64,000 bases of DNA, taken from the IMG/VR virus record IMGVR_UViG_3300048686_000449, positions 11,899 through 75,898 of that record. The stretch is one strand, 5' to 3'. Under the pieces are notes generated by a model that did no database searches, had not been told where the DNA came from, and worked only from the letters and a program-made list of their open reading frames with translations. Position numbers and translations under genes: made by a program. Positions within the stretch are counted from its first letter, which is position 1, and every line of letters starts with the position of its first letter. The DNA comes from a virus. Below are positions 25,372-35,641 of the stretch, in pieces.

Positions 25372-27162
25372 TTATTCACACGCCAAACACGTATCTTCGC
25401 CAGATGCCAAAGCCTTCAGATCAATCTCCTCAATGACTTTGCGCTCAATCTTCTTCGCGACTTTATCAGCCTTGGCGAGCTTTTCACTGCGACAGTAATA
25501 GAGCGTCTTCAGTTCGCTCATCCAGGCTTGAAAGTGAACCGCATGAAGATACTTGATATTCACATCAGGGCGAAAGAAGAGATTGATGGACTGGGCTTGA
25601 TCAATATAGACTTGTCTGTCTGCGGCGTGCTGAATCACCCAGCGTTGATCAATTTCCATCGCCGTCTTGAATACGGCTTTTGTATGATCATCCAAAAAAT
25701 CTAAATGTTGAACCGAGCCATCATTGGCAGTAATGGATGACCAGATATCATCATAATCCAGTTTTGAATTATCTGTACAGAGCTTTTTAATGACGGCATC
25801 CAAGTACCGATTCTTATTCAAAAACGATCCTGACAGCGTATCTTGGCGATAACAATTCGCACGAAAGGGTTCAACACTGGGCGAGGTGTTTCCCATAATG
25901 ATTGAGCTTGAAGCATTGGGGGCAACGCTGGTCATATGTGAGAATCTTCGTCCTGTTCCTTTCGCGTCAGGAGCTTCGCCACGTTCCTTCCCGAGTCTAA
26001 AATTCGCATCCTCTAATTGTTTACGAATGTGTCTAAAAATATTTTTGTTGATACCAGATGCCACAGCAGATTCCCACGGCACATTTTTCTTCTGAAGATA
26101 GGCGTGAAAGCCGAGTGCCCCGATTCCGATACTACGTTCACGACTCGCGGAGTACTTTGCACGATGAATCTCTTTAGGCGCATGATCAATGAAATATTGA
26201 AGCACGTTATCGAGCATCTCAGCGATGTCTGACAAGAAGTGTGGGTCTTTCTTCCACTCATCGTAATATTCAATATTCACCGAAGAGAGGCAGCAGACAG
26301 CCGTTCGTTCTTTACTTACTGGCAAGACCACCTCTGCACAGAGATTGGATTGCTTGACGCTCAAGCCCAGCTTCTTTTGCCATTCAGGAAGATGCTGATT
26401 AGAGGTATCAATGAAATGAAGATAGGGTTCACCAGTCTGCATGCGAATTTCTAGAATGCGTTGCCATAGATCTTTCGCAGAGACCACTTCACGCACCACT
26501 CCAGAATGTGGATCTTTCAATTCCCAATCATCACTCGCAGAAGGATCAATCATACACTTCTCAATAATCTCCATGAACGCATCAGAGATATTGATGCCGT
26601 GATGAAGATTTTGGCAGCGCATATTCGGATCGCCCGTGGGCTTGCGCATTTCTAAGAACATCAGAATGTCAGGATGGGAAATATCCAAATACATTGCATA
26701 GCTTCCACGACGGGTCTGCCCCTGACGATATGCAAGACAGGAAGCATCATACGTGCGCAAATGAGGCATAATACCAACCGACTTGTTATCGGTGGAACGA
26801 ATGCCGACACCAACACCTACTCCTCCGCCCAACATTGATAACCAATTCACTTCAGAGAGTGTGTCTACCAATCCTTCGGCTGTGTCGTCTAAAAAAGAAA
26901 GATAACAGGAAATTGGTAACTGACGCTTTCGTCCCGCAAACGACAAAATGGGCGTCGAATAACTCAACCAATGCTTTGACGCATAGTTATAGAGCCGTTG
27001 GGCGTGCTCAGGATTACTACTAAACTGTTGTGAGACAAACGCAAACCGATCTTGCGGAGAGCATTCGTTCTCTGTCATATACGATTCTTTGAGTCGCTTG
27101 ATGCCCAGTTCATCAAACAAACTATCGCGAGTATAATCAATAGTGACAATTTTGTTGGTCAT
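25372..27162 (-). CDS. nrdA: ribonucleotide reductase class Ia alpha subunit (no ATP cone)
   Basis: PISCY, GGGVG, SNLCAE, APNASSS, DQAQS, KTLYY and C-terminal CLACE. Confidence 0.95.
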   Translation of the reverse strand: MTNKIVTIDYTRDSLFDELGIKRLKESYMTENECSPQDRFAFVSQQFSSNPEHAQRLYNYASKHWLSYSTPILSFAGRKRQLPISCYLSFLDDTAEGLVDTLSEVNWLSMLGGGVGVGVGIRSTDNKSVGIMPHLRTYDASCLAYRQGQTRRGSYAMYLDISHPDILMFLEMRKPTGDPNMRCQNLHHGINISDAFMEIIEKCMIDPSASDDWELKDPHSGVVREVVSAKDLWQRILEIRMQTGEPYLHFIDTSNQHLPEWQKKLGLSVKQSNLCAEVVLPVSKERTAVCCLSSVNIEYYDEWKKDPHFLSDIAEMLDNVLQYFIDHAPKEIHRAKYSASRERSIGIGALGFHAYLQKKNVPWESAVASGINKNIFRHIRKQLEDANFRLGKERGEAPDAKGTGRRFSHMTSVAPNASSSIIMGNTSPSVEPFRANCYRQDTLSGSFLNKNRYLDAVIKKLCTDNSKLDYDDIWSSITANDGSVQHLDFLDDHTKAVFKTAMEIDQRWVIQHAADRQVYIDQAQSINLFFRPDVNIKYLHAVHFQAWMSELKTLYYCRSEKLAKADKVAKKIERKVIEEIDLKALASGEDTCLACE

Positions 27163-27164
27163 GT

Positions 27165-27833
27165 TTATTCCTCTTCCAATGCTTCTACAATACTAGGAAA
27201 TTCTTGTTTGAGGATTTCCCAACAACCTTCAGCAATTGCTTGATGTTCGAGTTGCGTTCCATTCTTTCTTCGGAGATCGCAATAATGCACCCAACTACGA
27301 ATACTACCAGCCATATATAGTCTACTCATCGTACACCCTTCGGGAAACACCGCACGAGCTTGCTCCTTAGCAATACCATTTTTAATAGCCCATTCATATG
27401 TAGTCTGCGCTCTGAGAATCACTCCTTGCTGTCTCGCTTCCCATTCTTCCTTCAATTTTTTATTTGTTGTCGTAATACTATTTTGCCGATTCTTGGTATC
27501 TTGAAGCCGTGCGTCTTTCGTAATGAACTTCAAATCCTTTGTCGGATCCGCATAGCGTTGACTAAATTCCTGAAACGAAAATGACCGATGCCGCAAAATC
27601 TGTCGCGCAATATCTCGTGTAGTATTGATCTCTACTGTCATGTTCACCACCTCCAGAGGACTCCAATGCTTGTTCTTGATCAGATACCGAATCAATTTAG
27701 GACCCGTGTCCATATTGGCTTGATTCGCAGGATTGGACACACGAGCACAATACGCAATCAATTCCTCTGCGGTCATATTGGGAAATTCTGGCAACCGAGG
27801 CGCGGAGACACACACGAGCGACACTGAATTCAT
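27165..27833 (-). CDS. thyX: flavin-dependent thymidylate synthase
   Basis: RQILRHRSFSFQEFSQRY signature. Confidence 0.95.
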   Translation of the reverse strand: MNSVSLVCVSAPRLPEFPNMTAEELIAYCARVSNPANQANMDTGPKLIRYLIKNKHWSPLEVVNMTVEINTTRDIARQILRHRSFSFQEFSQRYADPTKDLKFITKDARLQDTKNRQNSITTTNKKLKEEWEARQQGVILRAQTTYEWAIKNGIAKEQARAVFPEGCTMSRLYMAGSIRSWVHYCDLRRKNGTQLEHQAIAEGCWEILKQEFPSIVEALEEE

Positions 27834-27835
27834 AC

Positions 27836-28861
27836 TTACACCTTCTTCCAAAATGAGAGTTTAGTTTGTGCGGTCAATCCTGATGCTGAATCGCGGTAGA
27901 TTGCTTGAGTTAATTCTTCTACTGTATGACCATTGAGAATCATTTCATTGACATCTTTACCACGAATCGTTTCGGACCAGAACATCACACGATAACCTGC
28001 GTGAATTGCTTTGCGCATGGACTCAACGATTTCTTTATTACGTCGTTCGTTATCAAATACCAAATACACATCATCGTGTGTCGCTCGTTGGGCTGCGAGC
28101 ATCAAGTTTGCATCACCTGACGCCACTGCATTTGGAAAGAACAAACTATCCAGGGGTCCTTCTGTGACAATCAGTGGTTGGTCAGATTTGACTCGCTCCA
28201 TCCCATAGACTAATTTATCTTTTCCCTCTGCGAGACGAATCGTCACATAACGAAGCTCTGATGCCCCCAATGCACGCCCAGAGATTGCCGTGATTGATCC
28301 ATAGCTATCATAGAACGGAATCAGTAGTCGAGTATCGGGACGAACCTTATTGATGTTCTCTGGTGAGAGGTGACGAATCACTGTCTCATAATTATCTGTG
28401 TAATGAAGCAATGACCACCGCGAAAAGGGAATTTGTCTTCGCGTCAAATACAACCGACAATGATGTTGTTCAGGAAGATAATCACATCGTTCAGCGCCCT
28501 CAATTGCGGTCTGCTTGACCGTATCAAAACGAACAGCTGGGATACTCTGCACTCGTTTCTGAAGTGATTTGTGCTGTTGATGATGCGGGTCACTATACGA
28601 CTCTAACACATATTCTTTATAGAGAGTCGGATCGAGATGTCTAAGAATCGTCGAGATCTTGTGACTTCGTGAACAGTTATGACACTTATAGACGAGGCGC
28701 TCTTTCTCTCTAAAAAAATATCCCCGCATTTTCGTCTTTTTTACGTGGGAATCGCCGCACAAAAAGCAGCGACAATTCCATAAGTATTCAGATTTCTTAT
28801 GGAATCCCTCTAGACGAGTCGAGAGTAACTGGAGATATTTGATGTCAGTGTATAGAGCCAT
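27836..28861 (-). CDS. gp61: DNA primase (T4 gp61)
   Basis: Zn finger RCFLCGDS...CHNC. TOPRIM motifs EGPLDS, FDNE and KDVNEM. Confidence 0.93.
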   Translation of the reverse strand: MALYTDIKYLQLLSTRLEGFHKKSEYLWNCRCFLCGDSHVKKTKMRGYFFREKERLVYKCHNCSRSHKISTILRHLDPTLYKEYVLESYSDPHHQQHKSLQKRVQSIPAVRFDTVKQTAIEGAERCDYLPEQHHCRLYLTRRQIPFSRWSLLHYTDNYETVIRHLSPENINKVRPDTRLLIPFYDSYGSITAISGRALGASELRYVTIRLAEGKDKLVYGMERVKSDQPLIVTEGPLDSLFFPNAVASGDANLMLAAQRATHDDVYLVFDNERRNKEIVESMRKAIHAGYRVMFWSETIRGKDVNEMILNGHTVEELTQAIYRDSASGLTAQTKLSFWKKV

Positions 28862-28897
28862 TCATCCATTATATAATAATCACGCATCAAAGGCAAA

Positions 28898-29353
28898 CTA
28901 TTTCAAAAGAAACTCAAACATTGGCTGGATTTTTGCTGTGTAGTACCCTATAAAAAATACTATCACAATGATCGCCCAGACAAATTTTCCTAATTTGTCT
29001 ATATTGAACAAAGAAAAGATGCTCTCATTATTCTCATTCTTCTGTTCGCGACTTAAAATACAATCTAAGATTTTTTGTTCTTTCTTCTCAATCATCTCTT
29101 GGATTTCACGAGCAACAGTAGTAATTCTTGAGTGAAGGTCTTTGATATCCTGTTGAAACGTGTTCTGAAATCTCTCATGTTGTTCATGCTTCTCATCGTG
29201 TAGTGCAATCATCCGCAACAAATTAACATTCACTTCCTGGATTTTCTCAATAGACTGCGAGAGGCGATCAAAGAGTATCCTATTCTGTTGGGTATCACGC
29301 TCCAACAAGCCCATTTGTAACTTCATGTCTGCGAATTCTTCTGGTCCTGTCAT
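28898..29353 (-). CDS. coiled-coil protein with C-terminal TM
   Basis: Conserved position upstream of primase. AAGGAG SD. Confidence 0.6.
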   Translation of the reverse strand: MTGPEEFADMKLQMGLLERDTQQNRILFDRLSQSIEKIQEVNVNLLRMIALHDEKHEQHERFQNTFQQDIKDLHSRITTVAREIQEMIEKKEQKILDCILSREQKNENNESIFSLFNIDKLGKFVWAIIVIVFFIGYYTAKIQPMFEFLLK

Positions 29354-29361
29354 GGCACTCC

Positions 29362-29787
29362 TTATTTCTTTCCGTAGCGAAGATAGCACATCGCGCCAGT
29401 CCGTTCATCCTGAATGATGATTGGACGACTGTAATCTTCATTCCCATAGGCGCGAATCGCTTCACCGATTTCATCATTTCCAACATAATGCTCGTATCTC
29501 GCATGTTTCTTTTTTCCAAATCGCGCACGTTGAAACCAATCAGCGTTGACCTCAAAGACATCCATGCCAGCAAACTTTTTACGTTTCAGCATTGTGGAGT
29601 GTGAGATGCCAGGTTCACCTTGAGGCCCGATCCCAATTCCCGCAATCGCTCCACTGCCTGCTGACATCGCGGGAGCATCTTCTTTTTGAAGTCTGTTTCC
29701 ACTGATTGATTGTTCTATTCCTGTATCTGCTTGTTGAAATGCAGGCGTATAGGATTGTGTAGAAGATTTCTTTTGCGGTCTTTTCAT
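29362..29787 (-). CDS. conserved hypothetical protein
   Basis: EDAP.M.AG.G.IAG.G and IIIQDE.TGAM..LR. Confidence 0.6.
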   Translation of the reverse strand: MKRPQKKSSTQSYTPAFQQADTGIEQSISGNRLQKEDAPAMSAGSGAIAGIGIGPQGEPGISHSTMLKRKKFAGMDVFEVNADWFQRARFGKKKHARYEHYVGNDEIGEAIRAYGNEDYSRPIIIQDERTGAMCYLRYGKK

Positions 29788-30173
29788 CGTAGTTCTCGTA
29801 GTTTATTAGCAACGAACATATCGACTGCTATTGACGAAGATTGAATATCTGCGTTTCGAATGCCTCGTATTATATTGGGCATATAATTCAAAAACAATAA
29901 ACACGTTTTTAATATCGAATACTCTGATGACCGAATATAGAAAAACAATAATCGTGTCGTGGGTTCAACACCAAAAACGTTGTACAACACGACCAAATGA
30001 TTCAAAATTAATCGCTCTCGTAACTCTCCTGTTTTCTTATAACGACGAAACAAGCGGCCCAGATAACTGAACCGCTTGAAGTCATCTTTGAATTCACTTT
30101 TGATACAGTTAGGGCGTTCATACGCTTTTACTGCATACAAAAATACATTATCTTCTGTTAGCACATTAAACAT
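29784..30173 (-). CDS. conserved hypothetical T4-like protein
   Basis: LTEDN..LYA.K.Y..P.C...EF..D.KRF.Y..RL...LRERLILNH. Confidence 0.75.
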   Translation of the reverse strand: MFNVLTEDNVFLYAVKAYERPNCIKSEFKDDFKRFSYLGRLFRRYKKTGELRERLILNHLVVLYNVFGVEPTTRLLFFYIRSSEYSILKTCLLFLNYMPNIIRGIRNADIQSSSIAVDMFVANKLRELR

Positions 30174-30176
30174 TAC

Positions 30177-30584
30177 TTAGATGTCGAGCGTCTCATCCTC
30201 ATCCGTTGAGGTCAAAAAATCATTGAGATTCTGCTCGTCCATAATTTCCGCATAAAACTCATACTGTCCCATGTCTGTCTGAAAATATGCAGTATACAAA
30301 AACCACTGTTGTGACCCATCGATTAAGTATATATGTTCTCCCTGCTCAGGATCTAATGGATATGCAAATAATGGCAGGGCCAGATGATAGGGTGCCATGA
30401 GTTCATAAACTCGTTTATATCCAATGTCAGGACTGAGCATCGGGGATTCAAATGCCTCAGCAAACTGGTCATTCAATTCATCATGCCAGTCATTCCCGAG
30501 GGTCATATCCATGGGTCCTCTTTCAGGACCCATGGTAACAATATGATCTTCATCGATGGCAAATTGTTTGAACGAAATTGCCAT
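30177..30584 (-). CDS. acidic hypothetical protein, possible head protein
   Basis: N-terminus MAISFKQFAIDE resembles the T4 capsid-targeting sequence. Confidence 0.55.
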   Translation of the reverse strand: MAISFKQFAIDEDHIVTMGPERGPMDMTLGNDWHDELNDQFAEAFESPMLSPDIGYKRVYELMAPYHLALPLFAYPLDPEQGEHIYLIDGSQQWFLYTAYFQTDMGQYEFYAEIMDEQNLNDFLTSTDEDETLDI

Positions 30585-30610
30585 ATCGTGCTCTCCTACG
30601 AAGTCATAAA

Positions 30611-30937
30611 TTACTGCGGCAAGACTGCATCATCTGATGTGCCATCATTCTGCGAACCCTGCGCCACGATTGTTTCATAATGGACACGACCCGCACGACC
30701 GCCAGTACCTTGTTTGCGAAGCACCCATCCCGCATGAGATACCTTGATAGATTCGCCTGTGGTATTTGCCTTTTCTCCAGCTGACACTCCAAATACGCCA
30801 ATCGCTGCACCAGTGACGAATGCACCAGAAGTGGTATTGCCGTATAACGTATCACCATTACCAGAGACTCCCAATCCACCAGCGACGGCAAATTTTGGTG
30901 CTCCTGTGTTTGCATCTGTTGCTGACCAAAGTGACAT
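30611..30937 (-). CDS. putative virion structural protein
   Basis: MSLW...D....PK, HAGWV and GGRAGRV..ET.VA, typical of T4-like small structural proteins. Confidence 0.65.
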   Translation of the reverse strand: MSLWSATDANTGAPKFAVAGGLGVSGNGDTLYGNTTSGAFVTGAAIGVFGVSAGEKANTTGESIKVSHAGWVLRKQGTGGRAGRVHYETIVAQGSQNDGTSDDAVLPQ

Positions 30938-30956
30938 GATACTCTCCTTGTAAATG

Positions 30957-31457
30957 TTAATGATAACCGAGTTGTCTCAATTCATTTAATGTCTGATTCA
31001 CATTCATATGATGAATAGCGATTCCGCCAGCACGACGAAATTCTTCAATGTTATTCCGAAAATCATCAATCAAGAGATTCGGACCCGTTTCCGACTGAGC
31101 ATAGTCTTGTTTCTCTGAACGTCTCACAATATGCACTCGTGTTAATGGAATACCAAGATGCTTCTTGACCCACATCATTTTTCCGATTCGTGAATACCGC
31201 ACTCCTGCGTCACGATCCCAAGATGCTTTAGCTGAAAGAATATGCGATTGATATTTGGAAATTACTTTCCACAATCGCATCATCTCGGGCATTGGTGGCA
31301 GATTCGTCCAAAACTCATCTTTCAGTTGAAGAATCTTTTGACGATCTTGTTGCTTCGCCGAATCTAAGATTGATGAATCAAATGGATGACCCACAGCGAT
31401 TTCTGCACCTTTCTCAAAGTTAACTAAGACGCCATCCATGTCGCAATAAATGATCAT
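30957..31457 (-). CDS. HAD-family 5'(3')-nucleotidase
   Basis: IYCDMDGVL.NF, FW.NLP.M and LLIDD...NI. Confidence 0.85.
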   Translation of the reverse strand: MIIYCDMDGVLVNFEKGAEIAVGHPFDSSILDSAKQQDRQKILQLKDEFWTNLPPMPEMMRLWKVISKYQSHILSAKASWDRDAGVRYSRIGKMMWVKKHLGIPLTRVHIVRRSEKQDYAQSETGPNLLIDDFRNNIEEFRRAGGIAIHHMNVNQTLNELRQLGYH

Positions 31458-33109
31458 TGTTGTGTAATCACCAATGGATGATATTCAGGATCTTTTTCAA
31501 ACTCCGACTTGCCGCCGATCTTCTGTTTCTGTTTCTCTTTGGCAGATTTCATAACATCTTTGAGAATCTCTTGCTTCCGCGTACTCTTGGGAGCTGTATC
31601 AGATCCCGTGACGGTCTTTGTAGAGATATCGCCGCCCATCGGAACACCTGCGCTCTCAGGACCACCAACGCCACCTGAGGGCGTCTGTTCATTGACAGGG
31701 ACGCAATTCGGCACTTTCTTGCCACCTTTTTCTTTCATTCCAATCGCCTCAAAGCCTTTCCAACAGGCATCTTTCAGACTCGCTTCTTCCAGTTTCACTT
31801 CTTCATTCTGTGTTTTTGGAAGATGTGGCGTCACTTTGAAGACATGGAGTTTTCCGCCATGAGTTTTGTGAGCTTGAATGCGTACATGCTTGCCGTCGTT
31901 CTTCGTCACTTTCCCGCTTATTTTATCTCCTGTACCAGACGCATAAAAATCGATTTCGCGACCAGTTTTCTGATGAATCGGAAGTCCTGCATGCTCTGGA
32001 TGCATCAACCCATGGGATGCATATTGGCGTCCATTGATGAACTTCTCATCTAGCTGAGTTTCTTCAGTCTTCATCGTAGTTGATGGCATAATCGAATGAT
32101 GTTCAGCATCGTGGACTTTATATCCACTATTTCTATAAAATTTCTTTGCCTTTTCGACTGCACCTTCTTTGGTATGACTTTTTACTGCCACACGTTTTGC
32201 AATCAATTCTTTTCGTTTATGGACCATAGGATGATTCGGGTCGGATACTGTAACCATGACTTTATGAGTCTGAGGTTCTGATTCATCCAGTTCTACTTCT
32301 TCCTTCGTCGGACGCTCCATCGTTTTGCCGTGTGACATCACCTGCCAACGAGACCCATACTTCACATCCAGCGGTTTCTTCTTCATGAAGGATTCTTTCC
32401 CCTTCATCGTCGTGTAACCTTCTTCAACGCTTTCTTTATGGACTTGTTGAATATGCTGATGAATCTTATCAATTTCCTCTGGAGACATATTCTTATTGTG
32501 TTTGGCTACATGCTCCCGAGATGTTACCGTGCTATGTGATAACGGCTTTTTATGCTCAGGTTCAAAGGAGGAGTATGTAGCATGAGGAACCACATACGTT
32601 TTCCCGCCGATCTTTCCTGTATATTGGTGCGATCCTTTGTGTGATGGCGCCATTTCTTCATCTAAAGATTCTTTGGTCACATGATGATGGGGGGCAATAA
32701 TCTTGCGCGGTCCAAATTTATCATGTGGGTCCTTATCTAATTCGACGTGGACATGTCCATTTCCATCCATCTTTTTCACAACACCACGAAACCCTACACC
32801 ACCTTTAGAACCAAACCCCGCATGAACACGATCGCCAACTTGAACGTGATCTTCATTCATCTTCTTACATTTACATGGATCACAGCCACAATCAGGGCAC
32901 GCAGCAGACTCCGCAACCGTATGAGGATTGAGATGATGCGGCTGGGCTGTTGTCGCCCCCATGCGATACCGATTCCGCTTGCCTGTCAATCCCTTCGGCT
33001 TGATATTCACTTCACCAGTGCTGTGAACATGAATCACCGTATGTGGGTGTCCTTTATGTGGTCCGATCGTCGGAACCACGGTATCCCCGACTTTGTATGA
33101 GTGTGCCAT
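31454..33109 (-). CDS. His/Lys-rich modular protein, probable protease-processed internal head protein
   Basis: Basic modules separated by acidic linkers SLDEE, EEVELDE, EETQLDE and EEVKLEE. Confidence 0.6.
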   Translation of the reverse strand: MAHSYKVGDTVVPTIGPHKGHPHTVIHVHSTGEVNIKPKGLTGKRNRYRMGATTAQPHHLNPHTVAESAACPDCGCDPCKCKKMNEDHVQVGDRVHAGFGSKGGVGFRGVVKKMDGNGHVHVELDKDPHDKFGPRKIIAPHHHVTKESLDEEMAPSHKGSHQYTGKIGGKTYVVPHATYSSFEPEHKKPLSHSTVTSREHVAKHNKNMSPEEIDKIHQHIQQVHKESVEEGYTTMKGKESFMKKKPLDVKYGSRWQVMSHGKTMERPTKEEVELDESEPQTHKVMVTVSDPNHPMVHKRKELIAKRVAVKSHTKEGAVEKAKKFYRNSGYKVHDAEHHSIMPSTTMKTEETQLDEKFINGRQYASHGLMHPEHAGLPIHQKTGREIDFYASGTGDKISGKVTKNDGKHVRIQAHKTHGGKLHVFKVTPHLPKTQNEEVKLEEASLKDACWKGFEAIGMKEKGGKKVPNCVPVNEQTPSGGVGGPESAGVPMGGDISTKTVTGSDTAPKSTRKQEILKDVMKSAKEKQKQKIGGKSEFEKDPEYHPLVITQQ

Positions 33110-33113
33110 AGTG

Positions 33114-34055
33114 TTAGTCCTTCTTGGCGATTTTTGTTGCCGTCGCGTACATGACTTCTTTCGCTCGCTCACCGTAGCGTTCCTTGAAGCCCGGCAATTT
33201 CTTCTTCATACTCTTGACGACTTCTTCCTTCTTCTTCGTTTCCGCAGGTGTCAATTCACGTTCCTCAATCTGTTCTACTTCTTCCTTAGCAAGTTTCTTT
33301 ACTGCAGTGGCAATACCCTTTTCTCTTTTTTGTGATTCTTTTGCAGCGATATGTTTTGGGACACCAGGTTCAGGGTGACGCGCCATATACATCTGTTCTT
33401 TATGAGCTTTTTGAGTGTACGATGCTAGTGTGGACTTCTTCAATTCGTCCAACTGCTCTTCCTCAAGCTCTTCCACTTCTTCTTTCATCTCATGCCCACC
33501 ACGCAATGCTTTCAAATCATGTTGATCAATCTTGTGTGGATCACCAGCAATCTTCGCAATCTTTTTCTGCTTCGGAGACAGTTCCGCTTCCTCAATGCGC
33601 TCCAGCGATTCCTTGCGCAACGTCTTCAATGTTTTCGCGAGTCGCGCACGCTTGCCCATCTTTCCAGGTTCTTTCGCCGCTTTCTCAAGTTTTTCAGCAG
33701 GAATCTTTTCACCTTCAGGCACCCCCAAGGCTTTATGCAGCGCACCAGGTTTCTTGATCGCACCGGCAATCCACTTCTTTTCTTCTCCAAGCGTTTCCAC
33801 GGTAACACCATTGATCGCATCTGCGTCATACATCTCCACTTCTTCATTCTTGACAGCCTGCACAGAAGGCTTGGCGACTTCAGCTTTCTTCCCCTTACCC
33901 TGCGACTTCGCTTCAGCCGTCTTGACTTCTTGCGTAAACTGGTCGTTGTCAGGCTCTTCTGTCAGCGGTTCCAGCTGACCCTGCATCCGATGTTCCATGA
34001 TCTTCTTGTAATCAAACTGCCCATCTGTCATGAATTGTTTCGTAAACTGTGCCAT
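33114..34055 (-). CDS. Glu/Lys-rich modular protein, probable internal head protein
   Basis: Linkers LTEE, IEEAE, EEQLDEL and EEVEQIEE. Modules WI..AIKKPGALH and YG...K.VMYATATK.A. Confidence 0.6.
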   Translation of the reverse strand: MAQFTKQFMTDGQFDYKKIMEHRMQGQLEPLTEEPDNDQFTQEVKTAEAKSQGKGKKAEVAKPSVQAVKNEEVEMYDADAINGVTVETLGEEKKWIAGAIKKPGALHKALGVPEGEKIPAEKLEKAAKEPGKMGKRARLAKTLKTLRKESLERIEEAELSPKQKKIAKIAGDPHKIDQHDLKALRGGHEMKEEVEELEEEQLDELKKSTLASYTQKAHKEQMYMARHPEPGVPKHIAAKESQKREKGIATAVKKLAKEEVEQIEERELTPAETKKKEEVVKSMKKKLPGFKERYGERAKEVMYATATKIAKKD

Positions 34056-34065
34056 ACATGGCTCC

Positions 34066-35358
34066 TTATGTGAGTGTATTCCAAGAAATAATCGCGCCAA
34101 CATCTGCGCCATTTGTATCAGATTGTACAACGACTGTGATAATATCACTCGTATTATTTAATGATGCACCTAATGTCGAGCTGAAATCTTCAAGCGATCC
34201 AATACTAATAGACCCACCCTTCAATGCGGTACTGAAATATCCTCCATCCAGTTCTATTCCCCCCGTAATCGTATTTGCCATGAGATCATATTGCACCGTA
34301 TTAGCAGAATGTGTCGTCCATGAAGTGTTCGCAAGAGTGCCATTTTTAATAATTCTATACTTATAGAATGCACTCGTATTATTGCTGCCCACTAATTCAA
34401 TATTAATTGGGTTTACCACACTCTCTTCGCGACCAGGGGCCAGACGAATGGATGTAATCGGATACCAAGTACCCGCTGTTTGCAAATCTTTTAATTGATT
34501 GATGTGTTGACCCGCATGGTGTGGTTCTGAACGACCTTGATATCCACCCTCAGAGATTACAGTGGAACAGATTTGTTTCATGAAGGCATTAGATGAAGCT
34601 GTCCCTGTATTAAAAACTTCATATCGTAATGGCAAACAGGCAGTGGTTATATATGCGCCCGTCGCCAGATTATCATGATGAAATACATGCGCAACAATCG
34701 GTAAACCGTCAACCACAAACCCACACCGCACATCACCAACACCAAGCCATTCAATATCCAACCAGAAAATTTGAGTCTTCGTTACATCTAATGATGTAGA
34801 ATGATTTGAATTTACTGAATATGCAACTCCAGATCCGTCAAATCGATCAGTATTCCAATCTGTCTGAGGTACACGAGTTTCTACAATTGTTCCACTTGAA
34901 TTGGAACGAAGAACAAGATTGACAGTACTATCGGCGCGTTCAAGATAGACACCATTATTCGCACCATAATATCCAACACGCATAGTTGTATTGGCTTGTT
35001 CTGGTCCCATGACAAAGGTATTCATCACAAGAAGCGATTTTCCTGGTTGATAGGCGAATCGTCGATAGGTTTGACGAATAACACTATCAGTGTTTGCAGT
35101 TGAAATCTTTAAATTTACAGACGATTCAGATTCTATAAATGTGATTGTACCCGATCCAGCAGTTGCAGTATCCCATTTTTTATTTTGTTCATATCGATGT
35201 ACTGAGTCAAATAAGGTAAAAGGTTCTGATGTGCGCAATCGACCAAAGGCATCAGTTGTCGTGCCGTTAGGGGTCAATCGACTAGACAACATCATTACTT
35301 CGTAATTCGTTTTTCCTTCGGGACGAATGAGATTTTTGTCAATACGATATTGTGCCAT
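34066..35358 (-). CDS. putative virion structural protein (beta-rich)
   Basis: DAFGRLRTSEPFTLFD, YQPGKS and WLGVG.VR.GF. Confidence 0.6.
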   Translation of the reverse strand: MAQYRIDKNLIRPEGKTNYEVMMLSSRLTPNGTTTDAFGRLRTSEPFTLFDSVHRYEQNKKWDTATAGSGTITFIESESSVNLKISTANTDSVIRQTYRRFAYQPGKSLLVMNTFVMGPEQANTTMRVGYYGANNGVYLERADSTVNLVLRSNSSGTIVETRVPQTDWNTDRFDGSGVAYSVNSNHSTSLDVTKTQIFWLDIEWLGVGDVRCGFVVDGLPIVAHVFHHDNLATGAYITTACLPLRYEVFNTGTASSNAFMKQICSTVISEGGYQGRSEPHHAGQHINQLKDLQTAGTWYPITSIRLAPGREESVVNPINIELVGSNNTSAFYKYRIIKNGTLANTSWTTHSANTVQYDLMANTITGGIELDGGYFSTALKGGSISIGSLEDFSSTLGASLNNTSDIITVVVQSDTNGADVGAIISWNTLT

Positions 35359-35368
35359 AATTCTCTCG

Positions 35369-35641
35369 CTATTGTAAATATTCGTAAATTGAAAGACTTA
35401 ATTTTGTTGTTCCGCGATGTAGTCGGTGATACACATTCTTGGGAATCACATATGTTTTACCAACATTCAATAGAAATGGCATATGATCTTCTATCTGTAA
35501 CTTCCAATTTTTCCCTTCTTTGATCTCAATGAAACGAGTATGATGATCGCGATGCCAAATTAATTCATCATCATTAACTGATACATCAAATACACGAATC
35601 CAAGAATCTTGCGTTTTACAATCTGTATAAGTCATCACCAA
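35369..35641 (-). CDS. cupin-like small protein
   Basis: ELIWHRD...W.LQ...IPK..YHRL..G. Confidence 0.6.
   Translation of the reverse strand: MVMTYTDCKTQDSWIRVFDVSVNDDELIWHRDHHTRFIEIKEGKNWKLQIEDHMPFLLNVGKTYVIPKNVYHRLHRGTTKLSLSIYEYLQ

Noticed and set aside
33184-34366. Several plus-strand ORFs opposite the Glu/Lys-rich genes
   Set aside because: Antisense shadows of biased-codon genes, with no SD or recognisable motifs.
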